Source of the DNA: Mobula hypostoma
Lineage: Eukaryota
Assembly (NCBI RefSeq): GCF_963921235.1
Contig: NC_086108.1
Span: 8,370,001 to 8,434,000 of the forward strand
Reading direction: 5' to 3'
Length of the DNA stretch: 64,000 nucleotides
Made by a program: the position numbers and the translations under genes. Under the pieces are notes generated by a model. That model was not told where the DNA came from and did no database searches. It saw only the letters and a program-made list of their open reading frames with translations. Within the stretch, counting starts at the first letter, position 1; the number at the start of each line of letters is the position of its first letter. Shown here piece after piece: positions 36,716 to 48,503 of this stretch.

Positions 36716-39700
36716 CAAGGGGCAGCTCTTTACCAGGTTTGGGGAACAAAGTGAGGGAGAGGGGAGGGGAGGGGGATGTGGAGGGGAGAGAGGATAGGGG
36801 AGTGAGGGGGTAGGGTAAGGGTACGGGAAACAGTGGGGATGGGAAAGGAGAGAGGAGAGGAGAGGAGAGGGGGTAGGTAGAAGTGGGGGTGGGGAGAGGG
36901 GGGGTAGAGGAGAGGGGGAGAAGAGGGAACGGAGAGGGGGAGGAGATGCAGAGAAGAGAGGAAGGGGAAGAGAGGTGAGCGGGGGGAGGAGAGAGGTCCT
37001 ATGTCTATGTCTGTGTGCTGGAAACTCAGTTGAATCCCAATCATTTATTATCATTGATACACAGCACTGTGCTTATATATCAAGTTCAAAGTAAATTTTA
37101 TTATCAATTATATGTCACCATATACAATCCTGTAGTTGATTTTCTTGCAGGCATACTTAATAAGTCAATTGAATAATAACTATAACAGAATCAATGAAAG
37201 ACCACCCAACGTGAGTATTTAACCAGAGTGCAACAAACTGTGCAAATTCAAAAAGAAGAAATAATAATGGGTAAATAAGCAAAAAAAAAGAACATGAGAT
37301 GAAGAATCCTTGAAAGTGAGTCCATTGGTGTGGGAACAGTTCAGTGATGGGGCGAGTGAAGTTGTCCCCTTTGATTCAGGAGCCTGATGGTTGAGGGGTA
37401 ATAAATGTTCCTGAACCTGGTGGTGTGAGTTCTGAGACCCCTGTACCTTCTACCTGATGACAGCAGTGAGAAGAGAGCATGGCCTGGGTGTTGGGGATCT
37501 CTGACGATGGATGCTGCTTTCCTACGACAGCGTTTCATGTAGATGTGCTCAGTGGTAGGGAGGCCTTTACCCATAATGGACCGAACCATATTCACTACTT
37601 TTGGTAGGATTTTCCATTCAGAGGCATTGGTGTGTCCATACCAGGCCATGATGCAGCCAGATGTAGGCCATTCTCCACTACACATCTATAGAAGTCTGTC
37701 AAAGTTTTAGATGTCATGCTGACTCTCTTCAAACTCCTAAGGAAGGAGAGATGATGCCATGCTTTCTCTGTAGTTGCCCCTGCATGCTGGGAGCAGGACG
37801 GGTTCTCCGAAATAATAACACTGAGGAATTTAAAGTTGCTAATACCCACCCCCAACCCCGGCTCTGACCTTTCAGTGAGGACTGGCTTAGGGACCTCTGG
37901 TTTCCTTCTCCCGAAGTCTATAATCGGCTCCTTCAGCTTGCTGACACTGAGTGAGAGGTTGTAGTTGTGGCTCCACTGAGTCAGATTTTCCATCTCCCTC
38001 CTCTATGCTGACTCTTCACCACCTTTGATATGGTCAGCAACAGTGGTGTCTACAATAGCCCGGGTTCCCAAGACTTCTGCAGCGTACTACAGCAATTTTA
38101 TGTATCGCACTGTACTGCTGCCGCAAAATAAAGAGCAAGTTCATGACATATGATAAACCTGATTCTGATATGGGTCTCTATTATGGACGATGACTGAGAG
38201 TAGGAGGGGGACAGGGAGAGGGGAATCGTGGAGAGGAGGGAGGGGAGGGAGCAGGAAGCATCAGAGAGACATTCTGTAATGATCAATAAACCAGTTGTTT
38301 GGAATGAAATGACCTTGCCTGGTGTCTCAGGGCTGGGTGTGTCTGTACCTGCACCATCCCTCGCCCCTGGCACTCCCTTCCTGTCCCACACCCCACACTC
38401 ACCATCCCCAACATCCTTTGCTCCTGTCAGATTTACAAGCTCACTCTCTGCTCCACGTTAACAAATACAGTCGTGTGCAAAAGTTTTAGGCACCCTGGCT
38501 GTGTATATGTGCCTAAGACTTTGGCACAGCACTGTATGTGGTAATATTGGTCACTTTGCAGCAGCAGTTCAGAGCAATACATAAAAACATGATCAATTAC
38601 AAAAGTGGACAATAATGGTTTCCGGCAGAATCAAAGATCCCATCCACCCCAGACATTCTCTCTTCTCCCCTCTCTCAGTGAGCAGAAGCTACAAAAGCCT
38701 GAAAGCACACACTACCAGGCTCAAAGACAGCTTCTATCTTCCTGTTATAAGACTGTTGAATGGTTTCCCAGGAGACAAGACGTACTCTTGACCTCAAAAT
38801 GTCACACTGCATCTTCAGACTCAACCGCAGGATCACACAATGACTCAGAAGGGTTAAACAAAACTAGGAATGTTACTAAGCAAAGAGACAGAGGTTAGTT
38901 TTAATCTGCCATGGCATTGCCCATTTTAGTGTGAAGTCTGAGTCGAGCCTCTACTGCAGCGGTCCCCAACCACCGGGCCGCGAGGAAACGATATGATTTG
39001 GTGATATGAGTCAGCTGTCCTTGGCTGTCTTCTCTATTGTGCGCCAGCTGAGGTTCAGGGTCCTCATTTCTGCCTCTCCGGTGCGGTGCTGAGTTGTCTT
39101 TGGTTTCCCGTGTTTCCTTCGCCCTTCTGAGGTCCAGTGAGGTGCTGCCTTGAAGATGGAGCTGACCTCTCTTCTCATCACGTGCCCAATCCGTATCCAA
39201 CGTTTCCTCCTGATGACGGTGGCCATGTTCTCTTGGAGACACAGCTTGCATCAACCCCTCGTGACGATGATTGGAAATGTTCAGATGCATTCCAACGGAG
39301 TTACAGAATATCAAAAAGCAGGTTTGGGCTCCACTTACTGAGGGAAGATCACCAGTAAATATTCTGTCTGCTCTGACCTTCAATCTTGTCTCCTCAAACT
39401 TTTGTTTTCATTTTCGGTATTTTCTTGATGTTCTGGTCCACCAATCCGTCCCCCGTTCTGGAACAAAGAACTATCATAGAACACAAATCATTACAGCACC
39501 GTCTAGGCCCTTCAGTCCACAGTGTTGTCCTGACCTTTTACCCTACTCGAAGATCAATCTAACCCTTCTAGACAGGAAGATCCAAAATAGCAAAACCTAG
39601 AATGTAGAACATTCCAGCACAGTCTAGCCTCTTCAGTTAACAATGTTGTGCCTAATTTTCAAAACCAGTCTAATCCCTCCCTCCCACATGGCTGTCATCC

Positions 39701-40237
39701 ATGTGCCTATCTTTAAGGATCTCTTAAATCTTCCTAATCGATCTGTTTCTACCACCGCCTGTGCCAGTGGATTCCAGGCGCTCCATAACGCCTGTGTTTT
39801 TAAAAAAGCTACCTCTGACATTGTCCTCACCTATATTTTCCTCCAAATGCCTTAAAATTATGCCCCCTGGTATTAGCCATTTCCACCCTGGGAAAAAGTT
39901 TCTAGCTGTCCACTTGATCCATGCCTCTTTTCATCTTGTACACTTCTATCAAGTCACCTTTCATCCTCCTTTGCTCCAAAGAGCGAAGCTGTACCTCGCT
40001 CAATCTAGCCACATAAACACACGCTCTCTAATGGAGACAGGATGATGGCAAACTTGCGTGCACCCTCTCTAAAGCTTCCACATCTTTCGTATAATGAGGC
40101 GACCAGAACTGAACGCAATACTCCAGATGTCCTCCACCCTCTGTGTCCTTGTGGCTTTGGGGAGGAATGAGTGGATAGTCCTGACTTGTTGTGTGGTAGG
40201 GGTCATAGAGGGAAGGAGCTCGGCACTTTGAAAATCT

Positions 40238-43200
40238 AAGCGATTCTAGTTTTCTTTGTAATTTTTATTGAGTTTTCAAAAAGAATACATGAAAAGATAA
40301 AATCTACCCTCCCCCCTCCCCTTAACCCTCCCCCCCCCCCATATATAGTCCTACCTAAAAGGAAAGAAAAGAGAAAAAAAAGAAAAGAGCTGCCTGGGTA
40401 TTGGAAGGTTTCCACATGCTCCATGGGATTCAAAATAAATTTGGTATAATTATTCGTTACTTTCCCCAAGGGACCAAGCTCTTTATCGGAGCATTTAAAT
40501 ATGCCATCCTATCTTTTGTAAATAAGGGCGCCAGATATTCAAAAATGTTACATATTTATCTCTTAAATTATAAGTAATTTTTTCGAGTGGAATAGAACTA
40601 GCCATTTCATTATTCCAACGATCCATACTTAAATACGAATCAGATTTCCAAGTAACTGCTATAGTCTTCTTAGCTACTGCCAATGCAATTTTTATAAATT
40701 CTTTCTGATATTTATTCAATTTAAGTTTCAGTTTTATCCCTTCAATATCACCTAATAGAAATAATACAGGGTTATGTGGAAGTTGAGTTCCAGTAATTTG
40801 TTCCAATAAGACTCTTAAATTTATCCAAAAGGGTTGAATTTTAAAACAAGACCAAGTAGAATGTAAAAAAGTACCAATTTCTTGATTACACCGAAAGCAT
40901 TTATCGGATAGATTTGAATTTAATCTATTTATTTTTTGTGGTGTAATATATAATTGGTGTAAAAAATTATATTGTACAGATCTAGTCGAACATTTATTGT
41001 ATTTGTCATACTGTCAAGACAGAGTCTTGACCAATTTGTTTCATCAATATTAATATTCAGATCTGTTTCCCATTTTTGCTTTGACTTATGGGTTCCTTGT
41101 TTAATTGCCTGTTCTTGAATCAAATTATACATACAAGAAATAAATTTTTTAATTTTCCCTTTTTGAATTAAAATTTCAATTTCATTAGGTTTTGGCAAAA
41201 ACATTGTTTGACCCAGCTTACCTTTTAAGTAAGCCCTTAATTGAAAGTAACAAAAGAAAATATTATTTGATATTTTATATTTATCCTTTAATTGTTCAAA
41301 TGACATCAATATACCTCGTTCAAAACAATCTCCTATAAATTTAATCCCTTTTTGGTACCAATTATATAAAAGTTGTTTGTCCATTGTAAAAGGAATAAGT
41401 CTGTTTTGGAACAAAGGTCTCCTTGCTAATAGAGATTTCTGTGTTCCATTATCAACATTTATCTTATTCCATAGATCAATCAAATGTGTTAATATAGGAG
41501 ATTCTTTCTTTTCCCGTATCCATTTAGATTCCCATTTATATATAAAATCTTCAGGTCTATTTTCTCCTATCTTGTCTAGTTCTATTTTAATCCGTGCTGG
41601 TTTTCGATCATCGAAGAAAGATGCAATAAATCTAAGTTGATTTGCTTTATAATAGTTTTTAAAGTTTGGAAGTTGTAACCCTCCTAACCCAAATTTACAT
41701 ATCAATTTTTTCAATGATATTCTTGACATTTTACCTTTCCAAAGAAATTTTCTCACACATTTATTTAACTCTTGAAAAAATTTCTGTGGCAATTGTATTG
41801 GTAATGTTTGAAACAAACACTGTAATCTAGGAAATATATTCACTTTTACAACATTGACTCTACCTACTAATGTTATTGGTAATATCCATTTGTCAAGATC
41901 TTCTTGAATTTTTTCAATAGTGGTAAATAATTAAATTTATATAAATTCTTTACATCATTATCAAGTCTTATACCTAAATACTATATACCATTTACCGGCC
42001 ATCTAAATTGGGTTACTAATCGACATTGACTATAGACTCCTTTAGTAAGAGGTAAAATTTCACTTTTATCCCAATTTATTTTGTAACCTGATACCTTCCC
42101 ATATTCATCCAATCTAGAAGATAATTTATGTAATGAATGTTGTGGGTTTGTTAAGTAGATCAAAACATCATCAGCAAAAAGATTAATTTTATATTCCTCC
42201 TGATTAACTCTAAAACCCATAATATCTGGATCAATTCTGATTAGTTCTGCTAATGGCTCTATCGCCAGTACAAATAAAGCAGGTGATAATGGACAACCTG
42301 GAATGGTGTTGAAATTTGAGAGTTTGTCACTACTTTAGCCTTAGGGTTAGAATTTAAAGTTTTAATCCAATTTATAAAAGATGTTCCTAACCCATATTTT
42401 TCTAATACTTTAAATAAAAAATTCCATTCTAATCTATCAAATGCTTTTTCTGCATCCAAAGCTACTACTATACTCTTCTCGTCCCTTTTTTGTGCCAAAT
42501 GAATTATACTGAGTAGCCGGGTTACATTATCTGCCAATTGTCTATTTTTAATAAATCCTGTTTGATCCATATGTATTAATTTTGGTAAATATTTAGATAA
42601 TCTATTCGATAAAATTTTTGCTATTATTTTATAATCCGTATTCAATAAAGAAATAGGCCTGTATGATGTTGATTTCATAGGATCTCTGTCTTTTTTTGGC
42701 AATACTATTACAATCGCTGTTGAAAAAGATTCTGGAAGTTTATGTATTTTTTCTGCTTGACGTATTAGTTCCATAAAGAGAGGAAATAATAAATCTTTAA
42801 ATTTTTTATAAAATTCAGGTGGAAAACCATCCTCTCCTGGAGATTTATTACTTTGTAAACTACAAGAACCGACAGCCACTGCAATTGAAAATGACTCAGA
42901 GTCAGATTTGGATTCTGCAGAGAACACAGATGAAGAAAAGGAGGAAGAATTGGAAGCAATTGGAAATAAAGGAGATGATAGTGACATAAGAGAGGCTATA
43001 TTGCAATTAACGGCTGAACTAAGAAAAGTAAGAGAAGAGCTTAGCGATACGAAGATGTGCTATAATAGAGTTATGGAAAGACAGGACAAAATGGATAAGA
43101 AGCTTCAGAAGATGGAAAGAGCAATGGGGCATATGAATGATAGAGTGGAAAAAACAGAAAATGATCTGCTTGTCTGGAACTCGGAAAGAAACCGACTCTT

Positions 43201-43454
43201 GGAGAAAGTGGACATGTTGGAAAATTTCAGTAGACGTAATAATATTAAAATTGTTGGTCTTAAAGAAGGTACGGAGGGAGAAAAACCAATAGAATTTTTT
43301 CAAGGATGGATCCCGGATGTTTTGCAAATGGAAGAGGAGGTTCGACCAATTGAAATTGAGCGGGCACATAGAGCTCTAAGACCAAAACCAAAAGATGACC
43401 AATATCCACGATCGATTTTAATAAAATTCTTAAGATTTCAAAGCAATTCTACTT
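40238..43454 (-). mobile_element. Inverted duplicate of the 5'-inverted L1
   Basis: Same inversion junction, TSD (40238-40251 and 43441-43454) and flanks as 24028-27265; private deletion removes the TRQG motif near 42300. Confidence 0.85.
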
Positions 43455-45899
43455 CTGAAATTGTCTCATCCAAAGGGCAGGACAAAATCATCAGTTCAAC
43501 ACCTGAATCTCCAGTTTCTGTCTGATTTTCAAAAGTTCAAAGTAAATTTTATTATCAAAGTACATATATGCTACTGTGAGATTCATTTTCCTGAGGGAAG
43601 TTGTCTTCCTTGTTTTGGATGGTGTCTTTGCCCACCGTGAGGCCTAGCGGGCTGCTCAGGTTGGGTATTTACCCTATGATGGAATTGGGGTGGCAGCTCC
43701 AGCAAACTCCTCTGATTCAGGGGGCTTTCACAGAATTTCCGATGTTCCATTTCCATCATCTAATCTCTGTGAGATCTCTCCCGCATTGTACAAAGTCTCA
43801 CAAATCAGCAAAATGGGACGTTAGTTTTTCTGCTCCAGGCTTGTAAGCTGTAGCATGACGTAGAAGGCGGGTGGGGAACTGTTTTATTCCAAAATTAAGG
43901 CGTTCTTTTGTGCGCAGTTTCATTTTGACAACGGCCTATGTAAAAATTTTCAGGTGATTGGGACTCTGTTTATCTGATAAATTTTAATAAAATCGTTTTA
44001 GAGTAGATGGCTTTGGTTGCTTTATTTTTAACAGTAATTGGCTGCCCCTCCCTTGTGGATTGTTACCTTATTTATTTACAGATTAGGCCCTTCGAGCCAC
44101 GCCACCCAGCAATCCCCCGATTACAATGACCTATTAACCTACTACCCGGTGCATCTTTGGAATATGGGAGGAAACCTATCTGCTCACGGAAACGAATGCA
44201 CAGGATGGAACTCTAACGCCCCGACCTATAATAGTGTTGGGCTAACCACTATGCTACCGTGATGCCCCCATTTTCTTTTGAAAGAGGGCTGCCCCTCCCC
44301 AGTGGATAGTCAATTGGAGTTGGATGTGTTTGGTGTTAGATTACTGGGGGAGGGGTGTTGAACACTGGCTCGCCAGAGTCAAAGTCAGCGTATGTTTATC
44401 ACAGCAGGCCAGGCAGCATCTCCAGGAAGAGGTACAGTCGACGTTTCAGGCCGAGACCCTTCGTCAGGAGTAACTGAAGGAAGAGCTACTAAGAGATTTG
44501 AAAGTGGGAGGGGGAGTGGGAGATCCAAAATGATAGGAGAAGACAGCAGGGGGAGGGATGGAGCCAAGAGCTGGACAGGTGATTGTCAAAAGGGATACGA
44601 GAGGATCATGGGACAGGAGGCCCAGGGAGAAGGAAAAGGGGGAGGGGGGAACCCAGAGAATGGGCATCATGTTGTTGAAAACTTTCAAGGATGTTGTTGA
44701 AAACTTTCTTAGCAACTACAGACATCAAACTACGTGTAGCTGGTTAACATGCTTCAGGCATACAAAACCATGAAGTGCGACATGTCACTAAAGATTCATT
44801 TTCTTCATTCCCATTCCGACTTCTGCCCTGTAAATGTTGGTGCTGTCAGTGACGAGCATGGTGAAAAGTTTCACCAGGACATTGCAGTCATGGAGAAACG
44901 GTATCAGGGTAACTGGAATCCATCAATTCTGGCTGATTATTGCTGGACACTTAAGTGAGAAGCCTCAGACACTGAGTGCAAATGAAAATCATTGACAAAA
45001 CACTTTTAGCTCGGTTGAAATATTGCAAAGTGTCAGCACTGTTGTGTAATTAAATGCATTATATTCAATAAAAGTTAATTTTTTGTTTCTGCAAATCTCT
45101 ACATGATACAAGTAGTCTGAAATTATATCTGTGTTCAGCTTCAAGCAGCCTATCATAAACAAAAAATCCTGAGGAAGGGACACTTTCAAAAAATTTGTTG
45201 TCCAGTGTTGTCAAATATATTAGATACAACCGTGAGAGTCATTTTCCAGGCAGCCACAAAACAAAGAAACACAATCCATGAAAACCCCACACAAGAAAGA
45301 CCAACAAACATCCAATGTGCGAATAAAGACCAAATCAAGTCAACAATAAAAAAATAAACAAGTACGACACGTGATATGAATCGTCGGGTTCCCGAAAGCA
45401 AGTACACAGTCACAGAGTCAGTTCAGTGCAGAGTAAGTGACGATGGTGACAGGCCACAGGTACAGAGTCAGTTCAGTGCAGAGTAAGTGACGATGGTGAC
45501 AGGCCACAGCTGTGAGTCAGTTCAGTGCTAAGGTGAGCAAAGCCTCCCAGATTAGTGAGCCTCCACCCTCAGCTTCGATGCTTTAATCTTTTTAATCTGG
45601 CTCGGCGCTTAAATTGGCTAATTACCGATTTGTTTTCACTCCCTGGTCCGGGTCCCCCGGCCCAATCTGGCCCAAAGTTGCGGCCTAGCCCCAAGTCTGC
45701 TCCAGCGATGTCCACTATGGCCGTCCCTGCATTCTTGAGAGAAAGAAAGGGTGCTGCACCCCTTCACAAGATTTGGCTGCCGGTGAAACAATCACATCCT
45801 TTCATTTGCTATACCCCTGCCCTTTAGTAGAGATTTACTTACCATTAGTTGTGTTTTGAATTCTGCTATCTGCCCGCCACTGGTCTCTGGTCTACTCAG

Positions 45900-46053
45900 C
45901 GGCCACTCATTTCAAGTCCACTTCCTCTTCACATTCCCATATGTCGGTCCATGGCTTCCTCTACTGTTATGAGGAGGCCACACTCGGGGTGAAGGAGCAA
46001 CACCTCATATTCCATCTGGGTAGCCTCCTACCTCACAGCATGAACATGGATTT
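45900..46053 (+). mobile_element. Penelope-like element GIY-YIG C-terminal fragment (also ~53267-53420 and ~60147-60300)
   Basis: ATHFKSTSSSHSHMSVHGFLYCYEEATLGVKEQHLIFHLGSL.PHSMNMDL resembles a PLE ORF end. Confidence 0.6.
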
Positions 46054-46423
46054 AAGACCATAAGACATCGGATCAGAATGGGGCCATTCGGTCCCTCAAG
46101 CCCACTTTGCCATTTCATCATGGCTGACCCATTTCCCTCTCAAACCCATTCTCCTGCCTTCTCCCCATAACTTTTCACTCCCTGACTTATCCAGGATCTA
46201 TCAACCTCTGCTTTGAATGCATTCATTTACCTGACCTCCACAGGCGCCTGTGGCAATGAATTCCACAGATTCACCACCCTCGAGCTAAAGAAATTCTTCC
46301 TCATCTCCGTTATATTCTGAAAATTACACTGGAGAGGTAGTAACAGGGGGAAAAGAAATGGTGGATGAACTTAATAAGTCTTTTGCATCAGTCTACACTG
46401 CGGGAGACAGCAGAATGCCAGGA

Positions 46424-46648
46424 CACATAGAAACATAGAAAATAGGTGCAGGAGTAGGCCATTCGGCCCTTCGAGCCTGCACCACCATTTATTATGATCA
46501 TGGCTGATCATCCAACTCAGAACCCCGGCCCAGCCTTCCCTCCATACCCCCTGACCCCCGTAGCCACAAGGGCCATATCTAACTCCCTCTTAAATATAGC
46601 CAATGAACTGGCCTCAACTGTTTCCTGTGGCAGAGAATTCCACAGATT
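46424..46648 (-). mobile_element. 5'-truncated insertion of the same young CR1 family, private to this unit copy
   Basis: Reverse complement of the CR1 3' end (~17000-17222); CAGGA is repeated on both sides; absent from the other copies. Confidence 0.85.
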
Positions 46649-46911
46649 GCAGGAAAGCAGGAGTGTCAGGGGCAGAAGTTAGTGCCACACTATTACTAAA
46701 GAGGAATGGTTGGGAAACTGAAAAGCCTGAAGGTGGACAAGTCACCTGGACCAGTAGAACTACACCTCCAGGGTCTGAAAGAGGTAGCAGAAGAGAGAGT
46801 GCAGACATTAGTCTTGATCGTTCAAGAACCACCGAACACTGGAATGGTTCCTGGGGGCTGGAAAATTGCAAATACCATTCCGCTTCTGAACTGAGGTGGC
46901 TCCTGCTTCCT

Positions 46912-46925
46912 CCACCAGAGGGCGC
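46912..46925 (+). promoter_or_regulatory. CTCF binding motif (copy 6)
   Basis: CCACCAGAGGGCGC. Confidence 0.75.
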
Positions 46926-48350
46926 CAAGGGGCAGCTCTTTACCAGGTTTGGGGAACAAAGTGAGGGAGAGGGGAGGGGGAGGGGGAGGTGGAGGGGAGA
47001 GAGGATAGGGGAACGAGGGGATAGGGGAGAGGGGAAAGGAGAGGGGAGAGGGGGAGCTGAGGGGTGGGGAGAGGGGGGAGAAGAGGGAATGGAGAGGGGG
47101 AGGAGATGCGGAGAAGAGAGGAAGGGGAAGAGAGGTGAGCGGGGGGAGGAGAGAGGTCCTATGTGTATGGTTGTGTGCTGGAAACTCAGCTGAATCCCAA
47201 TCATATATTATCATTGATACACAGCACTGTGCTTATATAATAAGTTCAAAGTAAATTTTATTACCAATTACATATGTGTCACCATATACAATCCTGAAGT
47301 TGATTTTCTTGCAGGCATACCTAATAAATCAATTGAATAATAACTATAACAGAGTCAATGAAAGACCGCCCAATTTGGGTGTTTAACCAGAGTGCAACAA
47401 ACTGTGCAAATTCAAAAAGAAGAAATAATAATGGGTAAATAAGCAAAAAAATATGGAGAACATGAGATGAAGAATCCTTGAAAGTGAGTCCATTGGTGTG
47501 GGAACATTTCAGTGATGGGGCGAGTGAAGTTGTCCCCTTTGATTCAGGAGCCTGATGGTTGAGGGGTAATAAATGTTCCTGAACCTGGTGGTGTGTGTTC
47601 TGAGACCCCTGTACCTTCTACGTGATAACAGCAGTGAGAAGAGAGCATGGCCTGGGTGTTGGGGATCTCTGACGATGGATGCTGCTTTCCTACGACAGGG
47701 TTTCATGTAGATGTGCTCAGTGGTAGGGAGCCCTTTACCCATAATGGACCGAACCATATTCACTACTTTTTGTAGGATTTTCCATTCAAAGGCATTGGTG
47801 TGTCCATACCAGGCCATGATGCAGCCCGTCAATACATTCTCCACTACACATCTATAGAAGTCTGTCAAAGTTTTAGATGTCATGCTGAATCTCTTCAAAC
47901 TCCTAAGGAAGGAGAGATGATGCCATGCTTTCTCTGTAGTTGCCCCTGCATGCTGGGAGCAGGACGGGTTCTCCGAAATAATAACACTGAGGAATTTAAA
48001 GTTGCTAATACCACCCCCACCCCGGCTCTGACCTTTCAGTGAGGACTGGCTTAGGGACCTCTGGTTTCCTTCTCCCAAAGTCTATAATCGGCTCCTTCAG
48101 CTTGCTGACACTGAGTGAGAGGTTGTAGTTGTGGCTCCACTGAGTCAGATTTTCCATCTCCCTCCTCTATGCTGACTCTTCACCACCTTTGATATGGTCA
48201 GCAACAGTGGTGTCTACAATAGCCCGGGTTCCCAAGACTTCTGCAGCATACTACAGCAATTTTATGTATCGCACTGTACTGCTGCCGCAAAATAAAGAGC
48301 AAGTTCATGACATATGATAAATCTGATTCTGATATGGGTCTCTATTGTGG

Positions 48351-48503
48351 ACCGGATACATGTATAGGGAATGTGTCGGGTGCAGACTGGATACATGTAT
48401 AGGGAATGTGTCGGGTGCAGACCGGTTACATGTACAGGAATGTGTCGGGTGCAGACCGGATACATGGATAGGGAATGTGTCGGGTGCAGATTGGATACAT
48501 GTA
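48351..48503 (+). repeat. 35-bp minisatellite (ACCGGATACATGTATAGGGAATGTGTCGGGTGCAG) x ~4; second array at ~55536-55690
   Basis: Direct tandem copies. Confidence 0.9.

Noticed and set aside
37020..37085. E-box, CCAAT and TATATA arrangement resembling a promoter in each unit
   Set aside because: CCAAT is mutated in several copies (~54385, ~62083) and disrupted by an insertion next to it at 19481, so it is not conserved like the CTCF core.
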